58,999 bases of DNA from a virus: the UHGV virus genome UHGV-0092096, one strand, 5' to 3'. Below, one piece after another: positions 46,728 to 54,288 of this stretch. The position numbers and the translations under genes are program-made. Every line of letters starts with the position of its first letter. The stretch's first letter is position 1. The notes under the pieces are model-generated. The model searched no databases and was not told where the DNA came from. It was given only the letters and a program-made list of their open reading frames with translations.

Positions 46728-46910
46728 TGTTTTTCACCTCCGCATTATCAAATAATCTATAAACAAAAAAGCCTAGACACACCGAGATATTAAACAGCTC
46801 ATTGTCTGTTATTTTCTCGATATGCCTAGGCTGACGATTCCTAGCTCTTTTCGATCCAGCTCCCATTCGGCTTTCACGGATTTCTTGTCGCTGATGCTAT
46901 TATAACACAA
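46720..46910 (-). promoter_or_regulatory. Promoter-leader-terminator-uORF cassette copy 1 (upstream of terS-like gene)
   Basis: TTGCAA-17-TGTGTTATAAT promoter (-10 at 46899-46904). ~130-nt leader. Hairpin AGCCTAG(46770-76)/CTAGGCT(46826-32) plus U6. A 48-aa uORF from ATG 46866 reads through the hairpin and its TAA overlaps the terS ATG. Confidence 0.55.
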
Positions 46911-46962
46911 CGAAAATCTGTTTGCAATAGTGTCGAGTAAATTAATTTTAAATTTTTATCAA

Positions 46963-47015
46963 GGCGTGTGCGTCCGTGTATGTGCGTGCTCGTCTGTGCG
47001 CTGGCGTGTCCGTGT
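46963..47015. repeat. GC-rich alternating purine-pyrimidine GTGCGT/CGTGT tract; Z-DNA-prone
   Basis: ggcgtgtgcgtccgtgtatgtgcgtgctcgtctgtgcgctggcgtgtccgtg sits within an AT-rich 830-bp intergenic region. Confidence 0.7.
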
Positions 47016-47249
47016 TTTGATAATCAGGACGATCAATGCCCTGTTCTGTTGGCTGTGGTTGTCTCTTCCGGCCGTTGTTCGTTTCTTGTCTGATCGATTT
47101 GTTTTTACATCGATTTTGGGGAGGTACACAGTCGGTGTTTTCTCAAAACCCGACCTTTTTAAAACTATAGACTGAACGTAGTGAAGGATATAGTTTTGAA
47201 AAGTAATATATATAATATTATAAATTATTTAGTAAGTCGATTATTAGGG

Positions 47250-47281
47250 CTGTATCCATTCTGTATCCAATCTGTATACAA
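47250..47281. repeat. Three direct repeats CTGTATCCA / CTGTATCCA / CTGTATACA (11-12 bp period); candidate protein-binding iterons
   Basis: tgtatccatt ctgtatccaa tctgtataca. Confidence 0.6.
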
Positions 47282-47436
47282 ATAGCATAATAATTTGCAC
47301 AGCGTAACATTTGTGAAATCACTGTTTGCCCTTGCGTTTACTGGCTTTATTGACATTTGTTAAATATTTATCGTAACAATTTGTTAACACTTTTGTAACC
47401 CTACTTGCCCTGTTAGTTTGAACTAACAACTATTTT

Positions 47437-47477
47437 TAAAAAAATAGAGCAGGAATGACCATTTCTTGCTCTTTTTG
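47437..47477. terminator. Bidirectional intrinsic terminator (AGAGCAGG...CTTGCTCT with A7 and T5 tracts). It is preceded by palindrome GTTAGTT-tg-AACTAAC (47412-47427)
   Basis: Hairpin flanked by AAAAAAA upstream and TTTTT downstream. Confidence 0.45.
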
Positions 47478-47564
47478 CTGTGATGTGTTATGATTTTCTT
47501 TACTGGAGAGCGGTGGCAAGTTCCGCCCTCTCTTGTGTGTCTGAGTCGCTTTGTGCGGCTCTTT

Positions 47565-47720
47565 TTTAGTCGTTTTCCTTTGTCCTTGCTACTGTATCCA
47601 GAAGCTTGAGAATCTCTTCTTTTGTGTACGTTTCCTTTGTGTCTGCATCAATCAGCAGTCGAATTTCATAGATCATCGCTGCTCTTGCGTCTTTTCTCTC
47701 TTTCTCGTTCATAACGTCCA
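47565..47720 (-). CDS. Hypothetical small protein (51 aa)
   Basis: RBS GGAGAAAGGAGAAAAC then ATG. Encodes MDVMNEKERKDARAAMIYEIRLLIDADTKE.... Confidence 0.4.
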
Positions 47721-47777
47721 TGTTTTCTCCTTTCTCCGTCTTGCCACGGCAACTCGTAAGTATCTCTTACAAGTATT

Positions 47778-47805
47778 ATTATATCACTTTATAAAGTTAT
47801 GTCAA
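47778..47805 (-). promoter_or_regulatory. Consensus sigma-A promoter (TTGACA-16-TGaTATAAT)
   Basis: Minus strand reads TTGACATAACTTTATAAAGTGATATAAT, directly after the XRE stop and upstream of the small ORF. Confidence 0.5.
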
Positions 47806-47810
47806 TGCCT

Positions 47811-48050
47811 TTAAAATAATTCTTGTTTTTTCTTTTCTTCGTCTTCTGTCTCTTCATATATAAGGATGTCTTTTGGCTGTAAATCAAGAATCATGCAGAT
47901 AGAATTTAACGCCCCGAGTGTTATATTTGTTTCTTCATTTTTAATCTTTCTTAACGTGTCTTGGCTTAATAATCCTGTCTTTTTTGCTTTGTATGTCGTG
48001 AATCCAGCTCTTTCCAGTGCATCCCCCACATTGAATTTGTACTTAAGCAT
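47811..48050 (-). CDS. XRE-family HTH regulator
   Basis: GLLSQDTLRKIKNEETNITLGALNSICMILDLQPKDIL. Divergent from the plus-strand cassette. Confidence 0.65.
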   Translation of the reverse strand: MLKYKFNVGDALERAGFTTYKAKKTGLLSQDTLRKIKNEETNITLGALNSICMILDLQPKDILIYEETEDEEKKKQELF

Positions 48051-48137
48051 TTTCGTTCCCTCCTTTTATATTAATAAGGATAATACAACGCCTTTTATAA
48101 GTCAATGAAAATATTATCAAAAAAAGTTATAAAACCA

Positions 48138-48166
48138 TTGACAGTAACTTTTAAAAGTGATATATT
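48138..48166 (+). promoter_or_regulatory. Sigma-A promoter (TTGACA-17-TGaTATATT) driving the plus-strand two-gene cassette
   Basis: ttgacagtaacttttaaaagtgatatatt. Confidence 0.5.
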
Positions 48167-48213
48167 ATAACCATAGCAAAGAACAAAACAAACACTCAAG
48201 GGAGGATACAAAA

Positions 48214-48729
48214 ATGACAAATAGAGATTTATCACAGGCAATCAGAAAAGATTTAAAAGGACACGGATTTACAAGTAAGGATGTATCTGTAAGAGTCCGC
48301 GATGCGCTCTATGATACATCAGTTAATATCACTATCAAGAATCCCCTTGTCAGAGAATCAGACATTGAGAATATTGTGAAGAAATATAGCAAAATTGACT
48401 ATGACCAAAGATCAATGGAGATTTTAGCCGGATGTAACATATACGTTCATTGTGAATATGCTTACGGGATTTTTGATGATGTAGCAGCTCCACTTATTCC
48501 AATAGCTGAAAAAGTGTTTAACAATGAAAAATACGATGGTAAGAAGATCGCAGAAAATGAAAAAATTGAAATTCACATGATTAAGTTCAGCAACGTGGAA
48601 AGCCGTTTGTATGAATTTGATAAGAGTAAGAGACAGCAAAACACAATTGGCGGCTACATCGTGAGAAGTCCGAAAAGCTTAGCAATCGCAATGTGGAGAT
48701 TTAAGAATTTAAAAACAATATATGCTTAA
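48214..48729 (+). CDS. Hypothetical protein (172 aa), first gene of the plus-strand cassette
   Basis: RBS GGGAGGATACAAAAATG. No recognisable domain. Translationally linked to the downstream ATPase. Confidence 0.5.
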   Translation: MTNRDLSQAIRKDLKGHGFTSKDVSVRVRDALYDTSVNITIKNPLVRESDIENIVKKYSKIDYDQRSMEILAGCNIYVHCEYAYGIFDDVAAPLIPIAEKVFNNEKYDGKKIAENEKIEIHMIKFSNVESRLYEFDKSKRQQNTIGGYIVRSPKSLAIAMWRFKNLKTIYA

Positions 48730-48757
48730 ACGAAAGATTTATAGGGAGGTTGGCACC

Positions 48758-49519
48758 ATGAAAGCACAGAGAAATTGGATCACACCAGAGGGAAAGAGTT
48801 TTATCGATTATGAAAACATGATGGCGCAGCCACACTTGTTAGTGGCTGGAGCTACTGGATCAGGAAAATCGGTTGTAATTAATGGAATTATCACAACAGC
48901 ACTATTCGAAGCACCGTCGCAAGTACAGTTCATTCTTATCGACCCGAAAAGGGTTGAACTCGTAGACTATAGATATCTTCCGCATACGGCGTTCTATGCA
49001 TCCGAACCGGCTGAGATGGTCAGAGGATTACATATGGCTATGAATATCATTGAAATGAGATACAAGCAGATGCAGAGCGCACACGTAAAGAAATACCAGG
49101 GGGCGCAGTTATATGTGATCATTGACGAATTAGCGGACTTAATGACCACGAACAAAAAACAGGTAATGCCACTTATCCAACGTATAGCACAAATAGGACG
49201 TGCCGCCGGTGTTCATCTGATCTGTGCGACTCAGTGCCCACTTGCCAAGGTAATCCCAACAGAAATCAAGGTCAACTTTGATGCCCGTGTGGGACTGCGT
49301 ACGAGGTCAGCACAGGACAGCAGAAATATATTAGGCTTTAACGGTTGCGAGGATTTACCGCGCTATGGACAGGCATATTATATGAATCCTGATAGTGGAG
49401 TAAAAAAAATAGTTGTTCCGATGTATGACAATGGCGAAACATGGCGTTTGATTAATCACTGGATGCAGCAGCGCCCACCGAAAAAGAAAGGATTCTTTGA
49501 AAGATTGTTTGGAATGTAA
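48758..49519 (+). CDS. Soluble FtsK/SpoIIIE-family DNA translocase ATPase domain protein
   Basis: Walker A LLVAGATGSGKSV, FILIDPKRVEL, Walker B LYVIIDELADLM, and the IAQIGRAAGVHLICATQCP motif. No TM or gamma domain. RBS AGGGAGGTTGG. Confidence 0.8.
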   Translation: MKAQRNWITPEGKSFIDYENMMAQPHLLVAGATGSGKSVVINGIITTALFEAPSQVQFILIDPKRVELVDYRYLPHTAFYASEPAEMVRGLHMAMNIIEMRYKQMQSAHVKKYQGAQLYVIIDELADLMTTNKKQVMPLIQRIAQIGRAAGVHLICATQCPLAKVIPTEIKVNFDARVGLRTRSAQDSRNILGFNGCEDLPRYGQAYYMNPDSGVKKIVVPMYDNGETWRLINHWMQQRPPKKKGFFERLFGM

Positions 49520-49520
49520 A

Positions 49521-49552
49521 GAGAACCGGGAGAAATTCCCGGCTCTTTTTTC
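49521..49552. terminator. Intrinsic terminator (GAACCGGG-agaaatt-CCCGGCTC plus T8) after the FtsK-like gene
   Basis: GC-rich hairpin followed by TTTTTTTCTTT. Confidence 0.55.
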
Positions 49553-49580
49553 TTTCCAATAAACAGTGATTTAATCAGAA

Positions 49581-49802
49581 TTATTCTATTCCATCTCCTA
49601 ATATTTTTGAAATGCATCTGTCTAAATTAATACAGCAACAACAACCATAGTAGCAGCACCATTTGCAAGGCTCTTTGTCGCACCTTTTGACTAATGATTC
49701 TCCACATTGCCATTCAATACAAGGCCTGTTGTTTTGTTTGGCAACTAACTTTTTAAAAGCGTCAACGTATTTGTTTTCATCTGCTTGTGTTTTTAAATTC
49801 AT
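49581..49802 (-). CDS. Cysteine-rich small protein (73 aa; C-terminal CKWCCYYGCCCCINLDRC)
   Basis: Strong RBS AGGAGGT. 13 Cys residues, with a CC/CCCC cluster. Confidence 0.45.
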   Translation of the reverse strand: MNLKTQADENKYVDAFKKLVAKQNNRPCIEWQCGESLVKRCDKEPCKWCCYYGCCCCINLDRCISKILGDGIE

Positions 49803-49913
49803 TTACAATGTACCTCCTATTTTCATTTTAAATCCATTTTACACTATCAATCAATAAAGTATAGGCTAAACCAATTCAAACCGATTCTAGGCGCATTCTG
49901 CGCTGTCACAGAG

Positions 49914-50648
49914 TCAAACTCCGAATTCTTTGTTATTCTTTTTCTTCCACTCTTCCCGTTCTGCTTCTTTCTTCTTCTCTTCTTCGGTCATTTCAGAGCC
50001 GTTTCGCATTCTTTTAAAATGGTTCACGATGTCTTCTTTTTTTGACTCTTGTATATTCTTCCAGTAATTTTGACGGCGTTCTTCTTCTTCGGAAATTTTG
50101 GTAGCGTCTTCTGCTCTCTTCTTTGCAAGTTCTTCGTTTAATTCCTCAAGTGATTGAATTCCCTTTTCTTGTGGTTTGTTTTCCTGTTCCGGTTCTTCCA
50201 GCAGTTCCGGGTGCTTAACGTATTCTTTCGCTTTTGCAAAAATATCCACGCTGTAAGTGTTTATCAAGTCTTTCTGTATAACAATATCATTGATTTGTTC
50301 ACCGTATTTGCGAGCTAGAAATTTAGCCGATTTCTCTTTCTTCTTTTCCTCTTCCGACTCAGACAGAGGATCAACAAATCCCTCTTCCCATGGCATCACT
50401 TCAACTGCTGCCATCTGGTCGACCTCTTTCGTCTCTTTTTCGGTCGAAGCGCTCTCTGTAGGCTCTAAAATCGGGGCTGTTGGCGTTTCAAATGATTTAA
50501 GCATAGTTTCTACTGCTTCAACGATAAAAGCGTTTATAGTGTAGTCTAGGCTCTGTATTCGCTCTTTCGTTCCTTTCGGTAATCTAGCTTGCACAATATC
50601 AAACTTTGAGTTATAACGGTTTTGTGCGTCTTTCTGGTATTTTTTCAA
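49914..50648 (-). CDS. Ribbon-helix-helix (Arc/CopG/ParG-like) DNA-binding protein with long acidic/coiled-coil C-terminal region
   Basis: N-terminal FDIVQARLPKGTKERIQSLDYTINAFIVEAVETML has the beta-strand plus two-helix RHH pattern. The iteron array lies immediately upstream. Confidence 0.5.
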   Translation of the reverse strand: MKKYQKDAQNRYNSKFDIVQARLPKGTKERIQSLDYTINAFIVEAVETMLKSFETPTAPILEPTESASTEKETKEVDQMAAVEVMPWEEGFVDPLSESEEEKKKEKSAKFLARKYGEQINDIVIQKDLINTYSVDIFAKAKEYVKHPELLEEPEQENKPQEKGIQSLEELNEELAKKRAEDATKISEEEERRQNYWKNIQESKKEDIVNHFKRMRNGSEMTEEEKKKEAEREEWKKKNNKEFGV

Positions 50649-50674
50649 GAAAATCCACTCCTTTCAAACAATAT

Positions 50675-50830
50675 CTTTGCTATATATAATACTATATATA
50701 AAAGCTATATATCAAGCTATATATAAAAGGTATATATAAACACTATATATGCATACTATATATCTATCATATATATCTTTACTATATATCATTACTATAT
50801 ATCTTTTATATATATCTTGCATATATAGTT
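50675..50830. repeat. Array of ~12 direct CTATATAT(A) repeats with 12-13 bp period; iteron/centromere-like site
   Basis: gctatatataatactatatataaaagctatatatcaagctatatataaaaggtatatataaacactatatatgcatactatatatctatcatatatatctttactatatatcattactatatatcttttatatatatcttgcatatatag. Confidence 0.85.
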
Positions 50831-50956
50831 TGCATCTAATTGTATTTAGAATTTGCCACCAATTTTTTCTCAAAAATCTCAAATTTCTTCCCTAAAACCG
50901 CGAACTTTACTCCGTTCTGAAAAAATGTTATGATAAAAAGAAAAGGAGTATTGGCA

Positions 50957-51126
50957 TGTACGAGGACATTTTAGAGTACCTGGACAAACGTCTCAAGGAA
51001 AATACTCGCGATATCGGCTCCGCGATCACTTCCAGAGATGTTGATGACATCCACAGATATGAGGGCAGAGAGCAGATGATTCTTGAAATCAAGCGGTTTA
51101 TAAGGAAAAAGCAAGGGGAGAAATAA
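50957..51126 (+). CDS. Hypothetical small protein (56 aa)
   Basis: RBS AAAAGGAGTATTGGCATG. Confidence 0.35.
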
Positions 51127-51140
51127 TCTCCCCTCTTTGA

Positions 51141-51392
51141 TTATTTGCAGAAATTGTTCAGCAATTCTTCTTTTAACTCCATCTTCCCGGCTCTAAAACC
51201 GAGCTTGAAAGCGTAAATCAGTGCTTTTGTCTTCCCCATCTCCACTTTGTCGGCAATCGCAATCAATGGGAACAGGTCTTCCGCAAAGTAATCTGTAACC
51301 ACACTGTCGCTGATCGGGCGAATTTTCTCTTCAATATTATTCAGCGTGCTTCTCATATCGCTGACTTTTAATTTAATCTTCCTTACTACCAT
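51141..51392 (-). CDS. Hypothetical protein
   Basis: ORF in chain. Confidence 0.4.
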   Translation of the reverse strand: MVVRKIKLKVSDMRSTLNNIEEKIRPISDSVVTDYFAEDLFPLIAIADKVEMGKTKALIYAFKLGFRAGKMELKEELLNNFCK

Positions 51393-52065
51393 TCTTTTTC
51401 TCCTCTCTATGTTCTACCTTTAATTCGTAAAGGCCGTCAATCACGGTTTTTGCACGTTCAGCCATGTCAGGGAAGAAGTCAAATAAATCTAATTTGCTTT
51501 CAAGTCTCTTTCCTGTCCCCATAATATATCTGATTTCTGCTTCCTCAAGGTCGAATTTTTCTTCAATGTAAGGAAATATAAGCTCAAACAAAAATTTTTC
51601 TTCTACACCGTAGCTGCTACAAATAGCTGCTATTTTATATCTGTTTTTTCTGTAGAACGTCACTGGTTTAGGTGCCGGGATGCTAGATACCTTCGGTCTC
51701 TGCGGAATTTCTGCCACTTCTCTCACTCTGAAATAGGTATTCACAAGTCTTCTCTGAACATTCCACGACAATTCATCTTTGAATGTCTTAACAATCATCA
51801 GATAACCGCTTTCAGTCAAATAAGTGACTCCCTTTGGTGGGATTTCTCCAATGTGGTTATTAGCCACATTGAAATCTTCTCTTGTGATAACGAAATAATC
51901 TTCATTTTCCAAGAAGTGAGATTTGTTCTTATAGAAGTTATTTCTAGCAGTTCCAGACTTTCTCTGGTGAACTTCATCAATGTCCTTGAAAGTAACTACT
52001 CTCTGTCCTTTGTATTCTCTGATCGGTAATGCTATTTCACTTACTGCTAAATTTTCTTTTGCCAT
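51373..52065 (-). CDS. ORF6N-domain phage protein (antirepressor-related)
   Basis: RVVTFKDIDEVHQRKSGTARNNFYKNK...FLENEDYF...ESGYLMIV matches the ORF6N/KilA-N-type domain. Start at MAKEN with a GGAGG RBS. Confidence 0.5.
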   Translation of the reverse strand: MAKENLAVSEIALPIREYKGQRVVTFKDIDEVHQRKSGTARNNFYKNKSHFLENEDYFVITREDFNVANNHIGEIPPKGVTYLTESGYLMIVKTFKDELSWNVQRRLVNTYFRVREVAEIPQRPKVSSIPAPKPVTFYRKNRYKIAAICSSYGVEEKFLFELIFPYIEEKFDLEEAEIRYIMGTGKRLESKLDLFDFFPDMAERAKTVIDGLYELKVEHREEKKNGSKED

Positions 52066-52086
52066 CTTCTTAACCTCCATAGCAAA

Positions 52087-52272
52087 TTACACTGTTGCTC
52101 TTGCCTTTGATTTTGCTTTCGCTTTTTGTAGTTCCCGATAGCCAAATGCATAGTCAAGAAGTACCCTGATTGCATCAACATCTTCCAGTTCATCTACCAG
52201 CTTCTTAATGTCATCTCTATAAATCTCTCTGTAAAATCCATCTCTGTCTTCGTAAAAATCAACGTCTTTCAT
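52087..52272 (-). CDS. Hypothetical small protein
   Basis: ORF in chain. Confidence 0.35.
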   Translation of the reverse strand: MKDVDFYEDRDGFYREIYRDDIKKLVDELEDVDAIRVLLDYAFGYRELQKAKAKSKARATV

Positions 52273-52574
52273 TTATTTGTCCCCCTTAGACATCATTATA
52301 AAATCATACTTTGCTGCGTACATTTTACAAAATCCTGCAAGTTCGGCAAGACTGGTATAGCAGACAAGATTGTCCGCAATGTAATGGAGAATTGCTCTAT
52401 TATCCTCTGGCTTCATAATATTTACTTCTAAGTTAATTTCCTGCATAATAAAAACTCCTTTCAATTTAAAAAAATGTTCTTGAAAGAAGTCCCCGTCTGC
52501 ATTATAATATTTGCAGAAGGAAACTTCTAACATTGTGTGGAGATTCACTATTACTTTGGTCGGTAGGTGTGAAT

Positions 52575-52751
52575 CTCTATTTTTTGATTTCAGACTTTAA
52601 TTTGTGAATCCCTCTTCTTATTCCCTCTGTCTTCGGAATTTCTTCTTGCTGACAATATTCATCAAGAATTTCCTTTGTTTCATTGTCTAGCCTTACGTGA
52701 ATAGGGTTTGACTTTGGATTTTCACTTTTTGGTCTTCCTGTTCTTGGACTC
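52575..52751 (-). CDS. Small ribbon-helix-helix (CopG-like) protein (~58 aa)
   Basis: Encodes MSPRTGRPKSENPKSNPIHVRLDNETKEILDEYCQQEEI.... A sigma-A-like promoter (TTGACT-17-TATTAT) sits upstream on the minus strand. Confidence 0.35.
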
Positions 52752-52825
52752 ATATTTTCACCCCACTTTCTGTAGCCCTGTAATTATAATAATATATGTA
52801 GCCAGATAAGTCAATACCTAAATTC

Positions 52826-52857
52826 AAAAAAATAGAGAGGAATAAAAATACCTCTCT
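52826..52857 (-). terminator. Intrinsic terminator (AGAGAGG-aataaaaata-CCTCTCT plus U7) after the zinc-ribbon membrane protein gene
   Basis: Hairpin followed by TTTTTTT on the minus strand, 20 nt past the stop codon. Confidence 0.55.
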
Positions 52858-52878
52858 AAAATAATCCATATTCAATTG

Positions 52879-53448
52879 TTACTGTACGATTTCTTCAAGG
52901 TCAAGGCTGTATCCCATAACCTCTCCTACATCTGTACACTTTCCTCTTACTGTAATAGTGTCACCAGTTGAAAGAGTCTTCACAGCGTTAATGATATCTT
53001 CATCTCCATTTGTGTAGCACTGAACTCCAGTAAGTGCAAAGTCATCATCTTCAGGAAGAATACTAATGTATGATGAGTCACTATCTATATTTGAAAGTTT
53101 TCCTGTAATTTCAAGATACTTGTCTTTGTACTCATCAGAAGCTGCTGCTGCATTCTTGTCAAGAGCATCCACCATGTCACTGATAGAAACCTGTGTATAC
53201 TCAATTGTTTCTTCCTGTTTAGCATCTGTGTCAGCTTTACTGTTTGAATCACTCTTTGCTGTGGAATCGTCTGATCCACCACCGCCCATAGCAGCTCCGA
53301 TAATTCCAATCACTACAATTGCAATGATAATCCATTTCAGCTTGCCACCCTGTTTCTTTCTACAATTCGGACACACCTTTGCTTTCTTTGGTATTTCTGA
53401 CTGACAATGCTTACAAATTTTTGTTCCTGTGTTTTTTGAGTTTCCCAT
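52879..53448 (-). CDS. Zinc-ribbon membrane protein with extracellular C-terminal domain
   Basis: N-terminal CKHCQSEIPKKAKVCPNCRKK, TM segment IIIAIVVIGIIGAAMGG, then a Ser/Asp-rich linker and a beta-rich domain. Confidence 0.5.
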   Translation of the reverse strand: MGNSKNTGTKICKHCQSEIPKKAKVCPNCRKKQGGKLKWIIIAIVVIGIIGAAMGGGGSDDSTAKSDSNSKADTDAKQEETIEYTQVSISDMVDALDKNAAAASDEYKDKYLEITGKLSNIDSDSSYISILPEDDDFALTGVQCYTNGDEDIINAVKTLSTGDTITVRGKCTDVGEVMGYSLDLEEIVQ

Positions 53449-53580
53449 AATCCTTTTTTCCTTTCTTTCGATATACTGTAATTGTATTACATTCTTTTGA
53501 AAAACTCAATAGACTGCACAAAAAAAGCACGGATCAACCGTGCAATTTCCGTTACCAAAATATTATTCTTATAGTGTGGA

Positions 53581-54288
53581 TTATGCAGCCATATCAAACA
53601 AACCTAAGATAAACTTTCTTCCAAGCTGGGTTATTCTTCTGTAATAAATCACACGACCGCTATCAAGGGTTTCTTGCTTTATAGACTCATATCCAAGATC
53701 GCTATAATCGGAATACATAACCCATGTTCCATTTGACTTATACTGAATCTTCTTTTCAGCCAGAATCTTATTCAGTTCGTTTGCACTTTTCAGACCGATC
53801 TCTTTCGCAATTTCTGTCATGGTATATGTTTTGTTGACATGCATAAGGATAGCGTTTGTCTTTTCCGCTTCAATTCTTGCTGCTCTTTCTTCTTTCAGTT
53901 TGGTCAGAAGCTCAATACCGAAGTCCGGGTTGTTCAAGATATTATCAATAACGTTATCTGTTGCGTAGATTCCGTTCTTTCGGATGCATGGGAGGACTTC
54001 ATCCGTGACCCAGTGTTTGAAATTTTCAGCTGACTTCAATTTACTACCAAAAATCAGTGTGTAAACACCTGACTCATTGATTACTGTCACGTCTCTTTTC
54101 TGACCTGCACTGTCAATTTGGCAGACCAGCTTATCGCTATCCATTACGTGTTTCTTCAATGCTCCATATGTATCTGCGTACCCTAAAGCAACAGCTACGT
54201 CCTTTCCAACAATCCATGGCTTTCCATTTATTACAACTGTTCTGATTTCTCCGAATTCCTCATTTTTAAATACGCTTAATTCATTCAT
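53581..54288 (-). CDS. Phage antirepressor (Bro-N plus KilA-C/ANT domains)
   Basis: N-terminal FGEIRTVVINGKPWIVGKDVAVALGY (Bro-N). C-terminal ANELNKILAEKKIQYKSNGTWVMYSDYS (KilAC). Confidence 0.7.
   Translation of the reverse strand: MNELSVFKNEEFGEIRTVVINGKPWIVGKDVAVALGYADTYGALKKHVMDSDKLVCQIDSAGQKRDVTVINESGVYTLIFGSKLKSAENFKHWVTDEVLPCIRKNGIYATDNVIDNILNNPDFGIELLTKLKEERAARIEAEKTNAILMHVNKTYTMTEIAKEIGLKSANELNKILAEKKIQYKSNGTWVMYSDYSDLGYESIKQETLDSGRVIYYRRITQLGRKFILGLFDMAA

Noticed and set aside
50675-50830. Possible CRISPR array (regular repeats)
   Set aside because: Repeat unit is only 8-9 bp with 12-13 bp period and no unique spacers; more consistent with iterons or operators.
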